The notes beneath the pieces are model-generated. The model was not told the DNA's origin. It worked only from the letters and a program-made list of their open reading frames with translations, and ran no database searches. Below, in pieces: positions 26,567 through 34,483 of a DNA stretch of 34,483 nt; positions within the stretch are counted from its first letter, which is position 1; every line of letters starts with the position of its first letter. The stretch lies in contig MHHP01000016.1 in NCBI GenBank assembly GCA_001817055.1, positions 1 to 34,483 on the forward strand. The letters run 5' to 3'. The position numbers and the translations under genes are program-made. Source of the DNA: Candidatus Andersenbacteria bacterium RIFCSPHIGHO2_02_FULL_45_11. GTDB taxonomy: Bacteria > Patescibacteriota > Andersenbacteria > UBA10190.

Positions 26567-27718
26567 TTATAATTCCCCCGCAAATGCTTTTTTAAGCACC
26601 GATTTTTTCAATTCCTCCAAATCAGCCAGTTTTTGCGTATAAATCGCCTCAAGTTTTTTCGTTTCCGCCGAAAGCGCATCGAGCTTGGTGACGATAGCCT
26701 TTTGATTGAGGAGTGGAGGGTATGGGATGGGAATAGCATTCAACATCTTTTGATTTAGTTTTGGCTGGGCCATTCCACTAACATACGGATTCAGCTTTAT
26801 AGAATTTAGATAATATTCTACAAACTTTTGAGTATGTATTTTTTCAAACCTTAATATATGCGCGTGGTTATTAACCCATGATTTACCGCTGATGGAGAAT
26901 GCGATTGGATATGTACGAGCCAGTAAGTTTGCCCCATCCTCTGAAACTAAAAGTAAATCATTATCAAAAATATATTCACCAACATAATCCACAACTCCTG
27001 ATGCACCATAATATGGGTATTCGCCAGAAGTACGGAACTTTTTTGTTATAGGGATTCTTTTATTGTCCATATTTTCAGAAATTTCATTCAGTTTTTTCTC
27101 CTCCCAATCCGTACCAGGATTCGCAAAAACACTCTGTAAATATGATCCAAAAAGTTCTTTTGAATTTTGTAGATTTTTTTCAGTATTTTCTTTCGCTTTC
27201 GATATTTTTGAGAGGATATCGTCTAGGATTTTTACGATGCGACGTTGCTCAGCGAGAGGCGGGATATGGAGTTCTAAACTTTGCAGCTTTTGAATTGTCA
27301 GTGTATCGACCGTTGCTCCATTACCTCGGTCGAGTTGGTCGAAAAAGAGGGGCGACTTTAACCACATATTAACGAACTCACTACGTACTTCGATGCCTTG
27401 TTTCAGCCATAAAACGCTTGCATCTTTAAAATAGAATCTGTCACTATCTCGTACCACATACGAATTCCCAATCGTTCCGATTGCAGTTAGGACAATATCA
27501 CCAGCTTGCGGAACTCCCGTTTGTTCCGATAGTTGAGCAAAGTGTTCTTCGGATATATATAATTCATTGTCCACAAAACCGTCGGCAGCCAATCGTGTTA
27601 TTTCCCGCCCACGATAAAAAGGGACTCCGCTTGTCTTCCATTGTGACTTCAAAACACGTTTACTTGAGCCAATTTGATAAAGCTCCCCAAGCTTTTTTGT
27701 TTGCCAGTTAATTTTCAT
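26567..27718 (-). CDS. hsdS: Type I R-M specificity subunit S
   Basis: Two TRD/conserved-region units: W..KKL.E twice, PPLAEQRRIV and PPLLNQKAIV; ends KKAFAGEL. ATG 27718. Confidence 0.95.
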   Translation of the reverse strand: MKINWQTKKLGELYQIGSSKRVLKSQWKTSGVPFYRGREITRLAADGFVDNELYISEEHFAQLSEQTGVPQAGDIVLTAIGTIGNSYVVRDSDRFYFKDASVLWLKQGIEVRSEFVNMWLKSPLFFDQLDRGNGATVDTLTIQKLQSLELHIPPLAEQRRIVKILDDILSKISKAKENTEKNLQNSKELFGSYLQSVFANPGTDWEEKKLNEISENMDNKRIPITKKFRTSGEYPYYGASGVVDYVGEYIFDNDLLLVSEDGANLLARTYPIAFSISGKSWVNNHAHILRFEKIHTQKFVEYYLNSIKLNPYVSGMAQPKLNQKMLNAIPIPYPPLLNQKAIVTKLDALSAETKKLEAIYTQKLADLEELKKSVLKKAFAGEL

Positions 27719-28320
27719 AATTTTCCCGAGCTCTGGCAAAAGTCTTTATCTTCTTTTGTAAAATATCTATTACTCTCTATATCTTGGTATTCAAGGTAAA
27801 TTTCATTATCCTTATTAGTTTTTTCAAATTTATTATTGTCATACGATGCATGTATCGCACCTCCAATGGGCAACCACCCCCATTTTTCAAACAAAATAAT
27901 CTTTTTACCAACTTCTTTGCCATTTTCAGTAATAGCCTCCTCTGTAATTTCATTTCCAAAATGGAGTTTGTATTTTTTATGCTGAATAATTATATGTCCA
28001 GAAATATCTTTAACAATGTTTTTTTGGTTTAGAAACTCTAAAGTAAAGCCATTGCTTTGAATATCTGAGGTAGAATTCACTTTCCAGTCCAATATTTTTC
28101 CTTGCCTCAAAATTACAGGCCTTAGAGCTGATTCAACGGTCTGATTGGCCATTCTGTGCGTGTCATACGCATACCAAATCAAAACTATTAAAGTAGCTAT
28201 CAATGCGAGTAAATTCAATGGTGCATAGAGTTCCGGGAATTCAAAAATTCCCACCACGATAACAGTGCCGAAAATAATCAACAAAACATCTATTCCGATT
28301 TCTTTTGCATGCCACGTCAT
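27715..28320 (-). CDS. Hypothetical protein with two N-terminal TM helices, embedded in the hsdMS operon
   Basis: 201 aa from ATG 28320. TM helices, then WYAYDT.RM......RP.I, then a beta-rich domain ending LEYQDIESNRY. ATGA overlaps at both ends; AT-rich. Confidence 0.75.
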   Translation of the reverse strand: MTWHAKEIGIDVLLIIFGTVIVVGIFEFPELYAPLNLLALIATLIVLIWYAYDTHRMANQTVESALRPVILRQGKILDWKVNSTSDIQSNGFTLEFLNQKNIVKDISGHIIIQHKKYKLHFGNEITEEAITENGKEVGKKIILFEKWGWLPIGGAIHASYDNNKFEKTNKDNEIYLEYQDIESNRYFTKEDKDFCQSSGKL

Positions 28321-28901
28321 AATTGCAAGAATTTTTGAAGTAGCGGCTGTAGAATTTGCCAAATCGTCAAAGAATTCGCTGTAACTGAAATTGTTTCCGA
28401 AATGCCGCTCATAAGAGTTTTAATAACCGTCTTTTTACGATTTTCCGACTTCTGAAACAGTTCTTTAGTAATTACATCTAGACTTTCAAGAACTTCGCTC
28501 TGCTGCTCTTTCGATAAACCTTGTTCACTTAAAATTGCTTCTGAAAACTTTTTTATATTTTCTGCAAGCTCTATCTGTGATACTGAATATAAAGTATCAA
28601 TGGTTTGATCTAAATTTTGAATATTACTTGTATTGAGTATACCGATCTGGCTATCATTTATCGCGATATGATTAACTGTCGACCCTGCAACTAATATTGA
28701 TCTTTTTAATGGGTATCTGGCGCCAGTAGAAATGCCAAACATGGAGTCAATCGAATCGTGAATATAATTCATTTCTTCGCGCAATGCATCACTCTGTTTC
28801 TGCACCGTTCCTTGTAATAGCGCCCAGCATTGTAAGCATAAGGGGATTTTTTGTGGTCCTACCTCGCCCACAGCATTATTATCGCATTGGTTACACTTCA
28901 T
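28317..28901 (-). CDS. Hypothetical protein with an N-terminal C4 zinc finger, embedded in the hsdMS operon
   Basis: 194 aa: CNQC-x14-CLQC, a coiled segment, an IND..IG.LN linker and a helical C-terminus. ATGA overlaps at both ends. Confidence 0.78.
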   Translation of the reverse strand: MKCNQCDNNAVGEVGPQKIPLCLQCWALLQGTVQKQSDALREEMNYIHDSIDSMFGISTGARYPLKRSILVAGSTVNHIAINDSQIGILNTSNIQNLDQTIDTLYSVSQIELAENIKKFSEAILSEQGLSKEQQSEVLESLDVITKELFQKSENRKKTVIKTLMSGISETISVTANSLTIWQILQPLLQKFLQL

Positions 28902-30349
28902 ATTAATTTTTTAATATCAATGAGAAGCTTTCCATTTTCCTTATCCAACTTACCCATTTCCTCCAGTATCTCTTTCGGCTCACGCAAAAGTTCTTCATCC
29001 GTTTTGGTTGGATTTTTGACGGATAAATCGAATGTTACTTGGTTTATGCCTTCTATCTTTACGCTCCAAGAATTTTTGCTGTCTGCGTTGATTTTTTGGA
29101 GTTCTACAAATTCTGCTAAATCATTTTCGTTCAGCGGATTACCTTTGCCAAGATTGCGATCGAGATTGAGTTGGTAATACCAAATTTTCTTCGTCGGCTT
29201 ACCTTTTTCGAAAAAGAGTACAATAGTTTTTACTCCGGCGCCTTGAAAGGTACCACCCGGCAAATCAAGCACTGCATAAAGACTACAAGTTTCCAGTAGA
29301 AGCTTACGCAAAGAAACTGATGCGTTATCGGTATTTGAGAGAAATGTATTTTTAATAACTATGCCAGCCCTGCCGCCCGCTTTGAGAATTTTTATAAAAT
29401 GCTGGAGAAAAAGAAACGCAGTTTCGCCCGTTTTAATAGGAAAGTTCTGTTGAATTTCTCGCCCAATACCTGCACCAAATGGTGGGTTCGCCAGTACAAT
29501 ATCGTAGCGGTCTTTTTCTTGAATGTCGTTAATATTTTCTGCGAGCGTATTGATGTGTTTGATATGCGGCGCTTCAATGCCATGCAATATCATATTCATA
29601 ATGCCGATAATATAGGCCAAGGATTTTATTTCTTTGCCATAGAACGTTTTATTTTGCAGTATCGCCATTTGGCTGGAAGAAAGCTTTGTTTGGTTTTGCG
29701 TAAGGTAGTTAAACGCTTCCACCAAAAACCCTGCGCTACCGCACGCACCATCGTAAATAGTTTCTCCAATTTTTGGCGCAACTACTCTAACTATAGTTTT
29801 GATAAGCGGGCGCGGCGTATAGTACTCTCCCCCGTTACGTCCGGCATTCCCCATGTTCTTGATTTTTGATTCATATAAGTGCGATAGCTCATGCTTTTCT
29901 TCGTATAAACGGAAATGCATATCATCCACAATATTCAAAATTTCCCGCAATTTATATCCGCTAGAAATTTTGTTCTTCAGTTCTGAAAAAATTTCACCTA
30001 TTTTATATTCGATTGTATTTGGATCTTCTGCTTTAAATTTTTTCAAGTACGGGAAAAGGTTAACATTTACAAATTCTTTTAGGTCATCGCCATCCAACGC
30101 CTTGCTATGCTCAAGTTTATTGTCCGCCCCCTTAGGGCAAGCCCACGCATTCCAACGATACTCGGGAGCTAAAATATATTCATAACTCTTCCCCGCAAGT
30201 GCGAATTCCGTCTTCTTCGTTTCTTCCAGATCATCAAGGTATTTTAAAAACAAGATCCATGACGTTTGCTCTACATAATCAAGCTCTGTTGCAGAGCCAG
30301 AATCTGTATGTAGAATATTGTCTATATTTTTAAATGCTTGTTCAAACAC
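28898..30349 (-). CDS. hsdM: Type I R-M methyltransferase subunit M (N6-adenine)
   Basis: YVEQTSWILFLKYLDD, GEYYTPRP, YDGACGSAGFL and LANPPFG. GTG start. Confidence 0.96.
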   Translation of the reverse strand: MFEQAFKNIDNILHTDSGSATELDYVEQTSWILFLKYLDDLEETKKTEFALAGKSYEYILAPEYRWNAWACPKGADNKLEHSKALDGDDLKEFVNVNLFPYLKKFKAEDPNTIEYKIGEIFSELKNKISSGYKLREILNIVDDMHFRLYEEKHELSHLYESKIKNMGNAGRNGGEYYTPRPLIKTIVRVVAPKIGETIYDGACGSAGFLVEAFNYLTQNQTKLSSSQMAILQNKTFYGKEIKSLAYIIGIMNMILHGIEAPHIKHINTLAENINDIQEKDRYDIVLANPPFGAGIGREIQQNFPIKTGETAFLFLQHFIKILKAGGRAGIVIKNTFLSNTDNASVSLRKLLLETCSLYAVLDLPGGTFQGAGVKTIVLFFEKGKPTKKIWYYQLNLDRNLGKGNPLNENDLAEFVELQKINADSKNSWSVKIEGINQVTFDLSVKNPTKTDEELLREPKEILEEMGKLDKENGKLLIDIKKLI

Positions 30350-30408
30350 ATGCTAAATATAGCCGTAAATTTGCCGGTTTACAACATGAAATACGTACGG
30401 TTTGCGAA

Positions 30409-30436
30409 CATGGATCCCCGCATTCGCGAGGATGAC
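30409..30436 (-). repeat. REP-like palindromic element, family A, copy 3
   Basis: Minus strand GTCATCCTCGCGAATGCGGGGATCCATG, directly after the radC stop. Confidence 0.8.
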
Positions 30437-30437
30437 G

Positions 30438-31145
30438 CTATTTCAACAACCCTTCTGTACGAAAGCTAAAATGATCGGTTTTGGTGACGATGACGTGATC
30501 TAGCAGACCTATGCCCATGAGCGTGCCAGCTTCTGCGAGGCGTTGCGTTACCGCAAAATCAGCTTCGCTGGGGTGTGGATCGCCAGAGGGATGATTATGA
30601 GCTACGGCGATGCTTGCGGCATGGTGGGATATGGCGATTTCGAACGTTTCGCGCGGATGCACGAGGCTGGAATTTAATGTGCCAACGGTAACGGGATCCG
30701 TACTCGCTACACGATTGCGATTATCGAATGAGATAACGAAAAAGTGTTCCCTATTCCAATCACGCATTTTCTTACGAACAATCTCTGCTATTTGGTTAGC
30801 CATTGCCACGGCTTCAGAATTGTTTTTCTTGCGCTCTTTCTTACGCTCCACTTTTATAACCCGTCTGGCAATTTCAAGACTGGCTTTGAGCTGCAACGCT
30901 TTTGCGGGGCCAAGGCCTTTGATTTGTTGCAAGTCTTCGAGCGATGCATTCACGATGGCCTCTAGAGTTTTAAACTGTTTCATTAAATCGCGCGCAATAT
31001 TCATAACCGATTGGCCGGCCACTCCCCTGCCAAGCAATACGGCTAGTAGTTCTTGCGCGGATATTTTATCAGCCCCTTCGCGCACCATACGTTCACGCGG
31101 ACGTTCATCGAGAGGCAAGTCGTGAACTGTGAAAGAATCGGACAT
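30438..31145 (-). CDS. radC: RadC family protein (HhH plus JAB domain)
   Basis: ERPRE, ELLAVLLGRG, IKGLGPAKA, GTLNSSLVHPRE, HNHPSGDPHPSEAD and LLDHVIV. Confidence 0.96.
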   Translation of the reverse strand: MSDSFTVHDLPLDERPRERMVREGADKISAQELLAVLLGRGVAGQSVMNIARDLMKQFKTLEAIVNASLEDLQQIKGLGPAKALQLKASLEIARRVIKVERKKERKKNNSEAVAMANQIAEIVRKKMRDWNREHFFVISFDNRNRVASTDPVTVGTLNSSLVHPRETFEIAISHHAASIAVAHNHPSGDPHPSEADFAVTQRLAEAGTLMGIGLLDHVIVTKTDHFSFRTEGLLK

Positions 31146-31167
31146 TATGGCTATTTTATCATGGTTG

Positions 31168-31219
31168 CATGGGTCCCCTGGTCAAGCCTGCCTACCGGTC
31201 AGGCAGGTCCGAGGATGAC
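31168..31219 (-). repeat. REP-like element family A, copy 4, with a nested 21-bp palindrome
   Basis: Minus strand GTCATCCTCGGA[CCTGCCTGACCGGTAGGCAGG]CTTGACCAGGGGACCCATG. The insert is at 31187..31207. Confidence 0.8.
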
Positions 31220-31222
31220 AAC

Positions 31223-32462
31223 TCACTTCCCGCCAGATGCTTTTACGAAATTACTGTGCATGGTGGCGATGCCTGACACTTCCATACCTGCAAACATGTT
31301 TTCGGCTATTTGGGAACTATCACGGAATTCGCTGTCTTTTTCGAGAACGCCCGGATGCACTTCAAATGCGCGCGTAAAACGATTATCAGGCCAAATCTAG
31401 GCTGATACCTTGGCTTTTATGGACTGTTATAGCCCACGCAAGGCGTAAGGGTAATTGCGTTATAGATGCTAGCACCCTGCCGTTATCTTCCACGCCCCAA
31501 TCCATTTCTTCCACGTCTATCTTGCGCCCTTCTTTTGTTTTTACTATGGGGTGACCATCCAGCTTACTAAAACCCTGTACAGTGCCGAGCGTTCCGTTTA
31601 CGAAATGTTCTTTCTGGTTATTCTTGGTGAACATTACTGCTGCCCCTATTTTTAACGAGAGGCGTTCTGGCGATAAGCACCCTTTTTGCAAACTTGCCAC
31701 CAATGCCTTTGCGCCTTTTGCGCGCATAGTAAATAGTTTTGCCTCGCCTGGTATCTTATTCAAGATATCCGTATTCACCCTATCTACGTCAACGTTATGG
31801 GAAAATAGCTTGGGAATATTTTGCGGAGCTGCGTGTTCACTTGTTCTTCTTTTTTCTAAATGCTCTATATGAATTGCATCGAAGCTATTACTGCGAATAG
31901 CTGATAGTAATTCTAAAAATGGTGTGTCATCTTGCCGATGCTGTTCGCTGATGTAGCACACAATAGGATTGGCCTCACGCCACGCAAGAGCGTCGTATGC
32001 AAAGGAGGTTGCCTGCGAGGTTCGGTTTACGGGCGGTAATTGGAAAAAATCCCCCACCAAAATAACTTGCAGGCCGCCAAACGGTTCTGGGGAATCTTTA
32101 ACTGCCCTACACACAGCATCCACCATATCGATCATATTTGATGCCAGCATAGACACTTCATCTATAATGAGCACACGGGCACGGCTGATTCTCTTGGTGA
32201 TGTATTCTCGCGAAGCGATGGCGTCTATATCATACTTGCTCAGACTATTCTTTATTCCGATTCCGCTCCATGAGTGGATGGTGATGCCGCCAATGTGCGT
32301 AGCCGCAATGCCTGTTGATGCCGTAATGGCAACGTCTATTTTATGCTCACGAAGATAGCGAACGTACTGATTTATAGTATGTGTTTTACCCGCACCCGGC
32401 TCCCCGGTGAGAAACACGTTGGCTCCTGTCTTTAAAATAGTAAGCGCCTCTTCTTGGGTCAT
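31223..32462 (-). pseudogene. Pif1-family helicase with internal deletion and frameshift removing motif VI
   Basis: TGEPGAGKT, ASTGIAA, IIDEVSM, GDFFQLPPV and QLPLRLAWAITVHKSQGISLD, then a stop at 31386. No YVALSR motif. Another frame resumes RAFEVHPGVLEKDSEF...HSNFVKASGGK* to 31223. Confidence 0.85.
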
Positions 32463-32632
32463 CAAAGAGATCCTATTTTGAGTAACCGACGATTATGGCT
32501 TGGGGATGTGTTAAGCGCCGGAAAATCCTCAACATGCACCCATGCGAGGCCCGTTGATTTATGAAGTGCTTCCAATTCATCAAATGGCACATAGCCTTTA
32601 AGCAATTCTACGAGTGGTTGATCTTCTTCCAT
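32462..32632 (-). pseudogene. Short ORF, probable internally deleted NUDIX hydrolase remnant
   Basis: 56 aa. The N-terminal LLKGYVPFDELE is joined to STGLAWVHVEDF...RRLLKI, which resembles a NUDIX C-terminus, but no Nudix box is present. TGATG overlap with the helicase start. Confidence 0.45.
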
Positions 32633-32697
32633 AGAACTACTGTAGCTCATTTTGGCTTTGTATGAAAAAGCCTATCGGGAACAGCAAGAAGAATTAC

Positions 32698-32721
32698 CGC
32701 CATGTGACTCCGCTCAGGGCG
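32698..32721 (+). repeat. Degenerate palindromic element, family B
   Basis: CGCCATGTGACTCCGCTCAGGGCG shares GAC..GCTCAGGGC with the in-gene copy at 13716..13735. It lies just after the EamA stop. Confidence 0.45.
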
Positions 32722-32728
32722 ATTTTGG

Positions 32729-33151
32729 TTATTTTATTAGCACGCTTACGAGCACGCCAGCTGTTACAAGTATGCCACCCAACACATTACCAACAGTTGG
32801 TTTTTCGCTTAAAAATACAAATGCGAGAATAATTGTAAGCGCAACACTCAGCTTATCAATCGGTGCTACGCGCGATGCTTCGCCGAGTTGTAATGCCTTG
32901 TAGTAAAAGAGCCACGAAAGCCCGGTAGCAATGGCAGAAAGAATAATGAAGGTCATGGAGTATTTGGAGATCTTTGCAATATCCCCCACGTTCCCCTGAA
33001 ACCATACAATAACCCATGCGAAACCGACAATCACCACGGTACGGATTGCAACTGCAAGATTACTATCTACTCCCTTGATTCCAATTTTCCCAAATATTGC
33101 CACAAGCGATGCAAAGAAGGCGGAGGCAATGGCGTAGATAATCCAGTTCAT
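32729..33151 (-). CDS. EamA/DMT family transporter (single domain)
   Basis: AIFGKIGIKGVDSNLAVAIRT and SWLFYYKALQLGEASRVAPIDKLSV; about 5 TM helices. Confidence 0.92.
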   Translation of the reverse strand: MNWIIYAIASAFFASLVAIFGKIGIKGVDSNLAVAIRTVVIVGFAWVIVWFQGNVGDIAKISKYSMTFIILSAIATGLSWLFYYKALQLGEASRVAPIDKLSVALTIILAFVFLSEKPTVGNVLGGILVTAGVLVSVLIK

Positions 33152-33534
33152 AATGTTGCTATTTTATCATGGATCCGGAATGTTGCTATTGCGAGCAACG
33201 GCAGCTGAAAAAGCGGTGAAAGTCCGATCCCAAGCACAGTTGGCATCAGATGGCTATACGCCCAGCGACCTTCTATAAGAGCGCGCTGTTCGATAATGAC
33301 TGCTACGAGTAGCAGTATACATGCGGAAACCATATAGCGATGCCGCTTGTTCGGCGTATCAATGAAGTAATATACGCAGGTGATAATTACTGCGTCCCAT
33401 ACGCTAGCCTTTAGACAAAGTATCCAACAATCCCAACCTGAAACGCTTACACTGTATAGAGGCATTTGAACAAGCTCCCACACGGCATTGAGAATAAACG
33501 CTATGGCAAAAATAGATGCTAAACGCTTCAACAT
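33148..33534 (-). CDS. Hypothetical membrane protein
   Basis: About 4 TM helices; NAVWELVQMPLY...GRWAYSHLMP..GIGLSPLFQ. Start reassigned to ATG 33534 because the longer start lies inside a repeat. Confidence 0.8.
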   Translation of the reverse strand: MLKRLASIFAIAFILNAVWELVQMPLYSVSVSGWDCWILCLKASVWDAVIITCVYYFIDTPNKRHRYMVSACILLLVAVIIEQRALIEGRWAYSHLMPTVLGIGLSPLFQLPLLAIATFRIHDKIATL

Positions 33535-33547
33535 TAGTTGCAGTATA

Positions 33548-33578
33548 CATGGATTGCCCAATCAAGTTGGGCAATGAC
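33548..33578 (-). repeat. REP-like palindromic element, family A, copy 5
   Basis: Minus strand GTCATTGCCCAACTTGATTGGGCAATCCATG, 9 nt after the HD gene stop. Confidence 0.85.
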
Positions 33579-33587
33579 AACGAATTA

Positions 33588-34181
33588 TTACCTGTTTTTA
33601 CTTGTAAACAGATTTTCCCACCACTGGGTTGGGCTTGTAGTATATATGGCCTTACAAAGCTGCACTGCGCGCTTAAGCGTTAATTTGTGAATATGTGCGT
33701 TTTTACGATCACCACCCTTGCCTCTTAGCCATTCTGACGCCTCTTTGTTGCCCTGCCATTCATACTCACGAAGCAATAACGCTTGATCTAATAAATCGGC
33801 ATTTTTTGCGATGATAGATTCTTTTGATTTGCGCTCTGTGTACTCATCTACAAATTCTTTGAATTCTGGGAACGGCAATGTTCCCAGTTGCTCCTCGGTC
33901 ACTTCATCTTCAAAAATCTTTACATAGCGCTTATGAATCCAATTATGGTCACCCGTCCGTGCTTCCGCAATATCATGCAAGAGTGCCATCATTACTGTCT
34001 TATACGGATCTGCTTTTTCTTCTTTCGCCAGGATCCACGCAATAAGAGCTACGCGGTATGAGTGGGACGCAATAGTATCGGAATCGTCGTTGGTAAGCAG
34101 CGTCTGACGGTGCATGCGTGGAAGCTTTCGCATGGTGCCGATCTCGAATAGGAAGTTTGCGATACGCTTGTATTTCGTCAT
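33588..34181 (-). CDS. HD-domain phosphohydrolase (YfbR/HDDC2-like 5'-deoxynucleotidase)
   Basis: IASHSYRV, MALLHDIAEARTGD and KNADLLD. Confidence 0.88.
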   Translation of the reverse strand: MTKYKRIANFLFEIGTMRKLPRMHRQTLLTNDDSDTIASHSYRVALIAWILAKEEKADPYKTVMMALLHDIAEARTGDHNWIHKRYVKIFEDEVTEEQLGTLPFPEFKEFVDEYTERKSKESIIAKNADLLDQALLLREYEWQGNKEASEWLRGKGGDRKNAHIHKLTLKRAVQLCKAIYTTSPTQWWENLFTSKNR

Positions 34182-34217
34182 ACAAAAAGCGTACTCCCCC
34201 CTAGCAAAACGTCAATT

Positions 34218-34483
34218 TTACGCTTTCAGCTGTGTTGCAAGCTTGGCTACTTTTTCTACAATGATATTGGCAGTTTTGGCATGCATCTCAGAATTCTGCA
34301 ACTTGCCCTCTGCATCAAACGCCTCCCATACAATAGGGATCAACACCGCCTCGCGAACATCAAACATCTGCAGCTCTGCCGCAATCTGACGCCAATGCTC
34401 AATTGAGCGGGCGCCACCCGCGACTCCACCGTATCCTACAAATCCGATTGGTTTTCCATTCCATTCTTTATAGCCATAATCCA
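34218..34483 (-). CDS. NAD(P)H-dependent FMN reductase (5'-truncated by the window)
   Basis: Hand translation: DYGYKEWNGKPIGFVGYGGVAGGARSIEHWRQIAAELQM...QLKA*. Absent from the ORF track. Confidence 0.85.
   Translation of the reverse strand, partial: DYGYKEWNGKPIGFVGYGGVAGGARSIEHWRQIAAELQMFDVREAVLIPIVWEAFDAEGKLQNSEMHAKTANIIVEKVAKLATQLKA

Noticed and set aside
26567..27718. Phase-variable hsdS shufflon
   Set aside because: Only one hsdS is present, with no silent TRD copies, recombinase or flanking inverted repeats seen.
30438..31145. radC as a marker of an integrated mobile element
   Set aside because: It is the full-length HhH plus JAB chromosomal type, and no integrase, relaxase or att site is visible.
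31383..31388. TGA read-through (genetic code 25) to rescue the Pif1 helicase
   Set aside because: TGA is followed immediately by TAA, the remaining tail is in another frame, and many intact genes here end in TGA with ATGA overlaps.

Overview
A 34.5 kb bacterial chromosomal window in the standard genetic code. It is most likely from a Patescibacteria/CPR genome; this is an inference from the N-terminally truncated ThrRS, CPR-style hypothetical families and short palindromic repeats. The left end holds housekeeping genes (3' part of dnaE, thrS). Then come a Fic gene and a minus-strand envelope cluster: a secreted lipase-like hydrolase, a 1519-aa Ig/FN3 surface protein, a membrane thioredoxin and a DipZ-like protein. 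KilA-N, bcp, a DUF5678/aspartic protease pair and two orphans follow. A defence-island-like block (21.1-31.1 kb) contains a type I R-M system with two unknown genes ATGA-coupled between hsdM and hsdS, a KTSC-like gene, two XRE-DUF4065 (Panacea)/RelE-like toxin-antitoxin pairs flanking hsdR, and radC. The right end has an internally deleted Pif1-family helicase, a probable NUDIX remnant, EamA, an HD hydrolase and a partial FMN reductase. Non-coding structure includes several families of 20-35 bp palindromic REP-like elements (intergenic, nested, and two apparently in-frame inside genes) and about 11 genes with a -10 box 6-7 nt before the start codon (leaderless pattern). I saw no rRNA, tRNA, CRISPR array, integrase, transposase or reverse transcriptase. 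Family assignments are from motif recognition only; no searches were run.
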